This document shows, one piece after another, positions 60,323 to 64,000 of a stretch of DNA of 64,000 nucleotides. The DNA comes from Phyllobates terribilis. Taxonomy: Eukaryota. Each line of letters opens with the position of its first letter. The first letter of the stretch is position 1. Below the pieces are notes generated by a model. That model was not told where the DNA came from. It ran no database searches and saw nothing but the letters and a program-made list of their open reading frames with translations. A program made the translations under genes and the position numbers. The DNA lies in assembly GCF_046119375.1 (NCBI RefSeq), contig NW_027362765.1, positions 61,318,001 to 61,382,000 of the forward strand, written 5' to 3'.

Positions 60323-62302
60323 TCAGTAGCTATGTCCTCTCCGTGCTCTCTCCTGAGGGTAGTCTTCAGACCCGTCCGGGTCCTCTTGGTCTTCCTCATA
60401 CTGCAACTCCTCCTCAGTCAGCCGGTGTACGTGAAGGGCGTACGGTCCTTTAGCACACTGATGCCGGGTGAAGGCGACCACATCACCCGGGTAGAGGTCA
60501 CGTCCGCAGTGTCCCTCCGGCAGGTGGCTCTCGACATCCCTGCGGGTGACAAAGACGTCGCCGGGGGTTCGGTGATCCCGGATAAAGCCCCAGCCGTTCT
60601 CCAGTTGAAACTTTATTACGGTCCCGGTGGTGCGGGGGCCGTGGGCCGTACGGGGGTTTCGTCGGGCCCGGCGTTTCTGCTCCGCGCTTTGGGCCTGCAG
60701 CTGTTCCTCGCGGATTCGCCTCTCTCGCCGTTCTCTCCCAAAGACCTCCAGCTGTTGACGGCAGCACTCCTCACGCCGGGCTGCGGCCGCCCGGGTCTCC
60801 TTGGTGAACCCCATGAGGTCCTCACCGGTCGGATCCCATGCGAATTGGGCGTCTTCCAACGGGAGCGGGACAATTTTGGGGGGTGCCGGTGCCGGGATCA
60901 GAGGCTCACACAGGGGCCGTTCCCTCCGGAGTCGGGGGTTGATGTACTCCGGTGGCCACACGAAGGGCAGCCCGTCCGGGCTAGTATGCTGCGCGAAGAG
61001 ATCTTCGCCCAGGGGCAGCACTGTGGAGGTCGAGGGCGCTGTGGGGGCAGCGGTGCCCGGAGGTACCCAGCCTTGCGACCAGGCCGGCGGCACAGTGGAG
61101 GTAGAGGGCGCTGTGGAGACCGCGGCGCCCGGGGGTACTCGGCCCTGCGACCAGGCCGGGGGAATCCTATTTGGGTCAAAGGACGGCACCCTTGAGGAAG
61201 AGGGCGCTGGAGGGGCATCAGCGCCCGGGTTCACCAGGCCCTGCGACCAGGCCGGTGGCACTTCCTGTTTTACCGCGCTCAGGGTCAAGGGGCGTGGCGC
61301 GGAAGAGGGTGTGACCGCGGCTCCTGCCGCTTGAGGCCTAGTTGGGAGTAGTGGCGGTGCGGCAACGGGCGTGGTGAGTAGGACTTCGGGCTCTGCGACG
61401 GGGAGCTGGGGCAGGCTTGCGGCTACTGGGCTCGGGGTAGTGACGTCCCCATTACCTGCTTCCATCCTTGCAGCTCCCTCCGCGGCGTCGTCTCCGGCCT
61501 TCGTCCCTCCTGCACCATCCTCAGGGGCAGACATGCCCCACGTTGCGGGTGGCGTCCTCTGCTGGCGGGTTCCAGCCTGCTGGGCCATCTCCCTTCTCCA
61601 TTCGGCCAGTGCTTCTTGCTGTACTCGGGCCATCTTCCAGGCCAAGGCCTCCAGCGCAGCCTGTGCACGCTCCGGATCTCTGGGGAGCTGTGCCAGGATC
61701 TCCACTAGGCTGTCTGGCGTTGCGGCCTGCAGCAGGCCCCGGCCCGAGGTGCTGGCATTGCTGGGCGCTTCCTCCATTCCCGGGTGCAAACCATCCAGAC
61801 TCCTCCAGGCTGCACCCATCTTCTCCGTTTTGTTCTCTATCCGCCCCCCTTGGGAGTGGTCCCGGGGCAACTTAGTGACAGTCAGTTTCAGGGGCAGACC
61901 CCCCACTTTGATGGACATTTCCATGGTGGTAGTCTCAGCTGGTGGGGGCGGTCTCCGCTTTTGGCGCCCTTCTGGGACCGCGCCCACGATGGGAGGTGGT
62001 CTCTTGCCACCCTCTGGCACGCCCATAATGGCGTCCGCTCTGCCAGGGCGGGAAATCGTCTCAGATCGCGGGAATCGTCTCCCGATGGCGGGAAACTTCG
62101 CAGATGGCGGGCAAAGACTGCAGATGGCGGGCAAACGGCGGGAAACGACCCCAGATGGCGTCCGATGGCGGGAACCCTCTGGAATTGGCGGGAGACTCCT
62201 TTTTGCGGTAAATGTGAACTTTTCTTCAGGCACGCAGTACCCGGTGGTTGCGGGCACGTAATCCTGCCGACTACGCCAAAGTTGACTCGCCCCCTGGGCC
62301 AT
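60323..62302 (-). CDS. LTR-element protein with C-terminal cold-shock domain; 659 aa from ATG 62302 (alternative ATG 62026)
   Basis: Uninterrupted ORF (track gives 60323..62407 from a TTG). CSD at about 60419..60632: GTVIKFQLENGWGFI (RNP1-like), DVFVT (RNP2-like), PGDVVAF...KGPYALHV. Preceded by a Pro/Ala-rich linker and a charged coiled-coil-like stretch. Confidence 0.85.
   Translation of the reverse strand: MAQGASQLWRSRQDYVPATTGYCVPEEKFTFTAKRSLPPIPEGSRHRTPSGVVSRRLPAICSLCPPSAKFPAIGRRFPRSETISRPGRADAIMGVPEGGKRPPPIVGAVPEGRQKRRPPPPAETTTMEMSIKVGGLPLKLTVTKLPRDHSQGGRIENKTEKMGAAWRSLDGLHPGMEEAPSNASTSGRGLLQAATPDSLVEILAQLPRDPERAQAALEALAWKMARVQQEALAEWRREMAQQAGTRQQRTPPATWGMSAPEDGAGGTKAGDDAAEGAARMEAGNGDVTTPSPVAASLPQLPVAEPEVLLTTPVAAPPLLPTRPQAAGAAVTPSSAPRPLTLSAVKQEVPPAWSQGLVNPGADAPPAPSSSRVPSFDPNRIPPAWSQGRVPPGAAVSTAPSTSTVPPAWSQGWVPPGTAAPTAPSTSTVLPLGEDLFAQHTSPDGLPFVWPPEYINPRLRRERPLCEPLIPAPAPPKIVPLPLEDAQFAWDPTGEDLMGFTKETRAAAARREECCRQQLEVFGRERRERRIREEQLQAQSAEQKRRARRNPRTAHGPRTTGTVIKFQLENGWGFIRDHRTPGDVFVTRRDVESHLPEGHCGRDLYPGDVVAFTRHQCAKGPYALHVHRLTEEELQYEEDQEDPDGSEDYPQERARRGHSY
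62260..62278 (-). other. Primer binding site complementary to tRNA-Ser
   Basis: + strand AATCCTGCCGACTACGCCA equals the 3' end of vertebrate tRNA-Ser(AGA/TGA) including CCA; 4 nt from the 5' LTR. Confidence 0.9.
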
Positions 62303-63546
62303 GTTGCAGTGCGGTGCACGTGTGCGCGGGGGAATACCCGGAGCCGGATCCGATGGGGGTTGTAGTCTCCGAGTGGCGGGGACCCGGTCCGTGCCCAGGG
62401 TGGTCAAACCAAGTGGCGGTTATTGCTATGATGGTATTAGTGTCCGACTACGCCACCCGTTGAATGCGGTTATGAAACCGCCGCTGCAGGGCAGACCGCT
62501 GAGGCCGGTGGTATGGTTGTGCAGCGTGGATGGTATAACCCCCAACGGGAGGGGTATAGCCTCAGGGCAGCTGGTGAAGCAGGAAATGATGATAGTGGTA
62601 GTGGTGGTGTGACAAGGAATCGCAGAGACTTGTAGTGCAGGTTTAAAGCTTTACTCACAGTTGGTGTTCAGATCACTTCGGCCAAGAGTGACCACCCGAG
62701 CCGTGCTGCGTCCACCAGGTGCGGGACTCGGCCAACTCCCAGGCAGTTCCAGAGCGTGGTCCTGAGCTCCCCTCTCCTCCTTCCTACTGGCCGTCCCCAC
62801 CAGGGATCCACCTTTGTCCGGCTCCCTCGGGCCTTCTGGTGGTGAAACCTTTCCCGGCTTCCCTGACCCTATACGTGGTTTGCCTTCCTGGTGGATGTGG
62901 CGAGGGGTCGCGCCAAAACTTGACCATGACCTCCGGTTCCTGGCTGAGGATAATTGGCCTCCACCAGTTTGGGATCCGGTACCCTGTTCTGCCAACCCTT
63001 CACCCGTTAACTCGTGGGATCTCAGGGTTCCCTCTCTTCTTGCGTCTCTGGGCCTTTCCTGGTGTTTCTGTTCCTCCTTCTTCTTCTTTCTCTCTCTCTC
63101 TGCCTCAGGCCTCCTCTCCAGGCCTGGCTCTGGAGCTGGGCCCAGACTGAGCCACAGCTCCCTGTCAGCCCTCTCTGGCTGAGCTCCTCTCTGAATTGAC
63201 CGTTGATCCAAGATGGTGCCCACCTTTTATACTCCCTCTGACACCCGAGCCCAGGTGACCAGCACCCAATGGGCTCCTACCTATGCCCAGAGTCCCTCCC
63301 CTGTCTGCTCCTACACCACTGGGATGTTCCTCCCCCCTCCCCACTCCAGCCAGGGACAGAAGCTGTCGTACCTGCACATCTATCTGGTGGGAGTACCGTT
63401 GGTCTGTCCCTCGGAAATGGGGTGAGTGTAGTGCATGCAGCTAACTGAGCTCAGTTCCACGCCCCATCCTTACCCGGGAGTGGAATACCACACCTCTGGT
63501 TCGAGGTGCAATACCCCTGTAGCAGCCGAGTCCTCGGGGTGCTACA
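62283..63546 (-). repeat. 5' LTR
   Basis: Direct repeat of 58436..59699; TATAAAA on the minus strand at 63231..63225 and AGTAAA variant polyA signal near 62655..62650. Confidence 0.95.
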
Positions 63547-64000
63547 CTAATATGCCCAAAATTATTTTACAGGCAAGATGCAGCTAAAAATTATTAGTAA
63601 TTTGAAAGCTGGTGGAGCTTAGTATAGATGGCCTAATAGAATGAGTACCACACACTGCTAATATGCCCAAAATTATTTTACAGGCAAGATGCAGCTAAAA
63701 ATTATTAGTAATTTGAAAGCTAGTGGAGCTTAGTATAGATGGACTAAGAATAAGTCCCACACACTGCTACAAGCCCAAAATTATTTTCCGAGCTAGATGT
63801 AGATAAAAATTATTTGTAATTTGCAAGCTGGAGGAGCTTAGTATAGATGGACTAAGAATAAGTCCCACACACAGCTACAAGCCCAAAATTATTTTCCGAG
63901 CTAGATGCAGATAAAAATTATTTGTAATTTGCAAGCTGGTGGAGCTTAGTATAGATGGACTAAGAATAAGTCCCACACACTGCTACAAGCCCAAAATTAT
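63547..64000. repeat. 108-111-bp tandem array, continuation right of the LTR element
   Basis: Units start at 63547, 63658, 63767 and 63875; later units form a diverged subtype (CTACAAGCCC, GGACTAAGAATAAGTCC). Confidence 0.95.

Larger units (their letters stand above)
58436..63546 (-). mobile_element. Young non-autonomous Gypsy-type LTR retroelement (5111 bp), no pol, encoding a cold-shock-domain protein
   Basis: LTRs 62283..63546 and 58436..59699 (1264 bp each, about 9 differences by eye); TG...CA ends; TSD CTAA (58432..58435, 63547..63550); tRNA-Ser PBS; PPT. Confidence 0.95.
48874..64000 (+). mobile_element. Large degraded hAT transposon (TAGAGTTGAGC terminus) with nested elements; right end beyond window
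   Basis: Left terminus TAGAGTTGAGC preceded by GTGGAGAC; split transposase 50110..56002; 111-bp tandem array continuing to the window end. Membership of the distal part is inferred. Confidence 0.7.

Noticed and set aside
60332-61334. Antisense and alternate-frame ORFs (287 aa +, 177 aa +, 296 aa + nearby) over the CSD gene
   Set aside because: Expected shadow frames of a GC-rich ORF; non-ATG starts and no motifs.
62260-62278. tRNA gene
   Set aside because: Only the 3'-terminal 19 nt including CCA match; it is a primer binding site, not a tRNA gene.
62651-63223. 190-aa ORF present in both LTRs (also 58804..59376), plus overlapping 122-143-aa ORFs
   Set aside because: Duplication simply reflects LTR identity; GC-rich, low-complexity, no recognisable domain.

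Overview
Vertebrate genomic DNA, inferred from repeat families and zinc-finger gene style to be an anuran amphibian. It is almost entirely transposable elements around one intact host gene: a six-coding-exon FAX/KRAB-like C2H2 zinc-finger gene (14469..26768, +, about 686 aa, 15 fingers). Elements include Tc1/mariner copies (one DD38E Intruder-type), DIRS1-like and Ngaro-like tyrosine-recombinase retroelements, piggyBac, L2, L1 and Penelope remnants, and many hAT, Harbinger and T2/Kolobok MITEs with readable target-site duplications. From 48874 to the window end lies a large degraded hAT element with several nested insertions. The most striking insertion is a young (LTRs about 99% identical), pol-less 5.1-kb LTR retroelement at 58436..63546 (-). 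It has a tRNA-Ser PBS, a PPT and a 4-bp TSD, and its single long ORF ends in a cold-shock (Y-box/Lin28-type) RNA-binding domain. Other notable items are an hAT MITE carrying an exact 115-bp copy of the zinc-finger gene's promoter-like region, and an LTR that seems to have inserted with an unprocessed cDNA end. All calls are by manual reading; no database searches were run.
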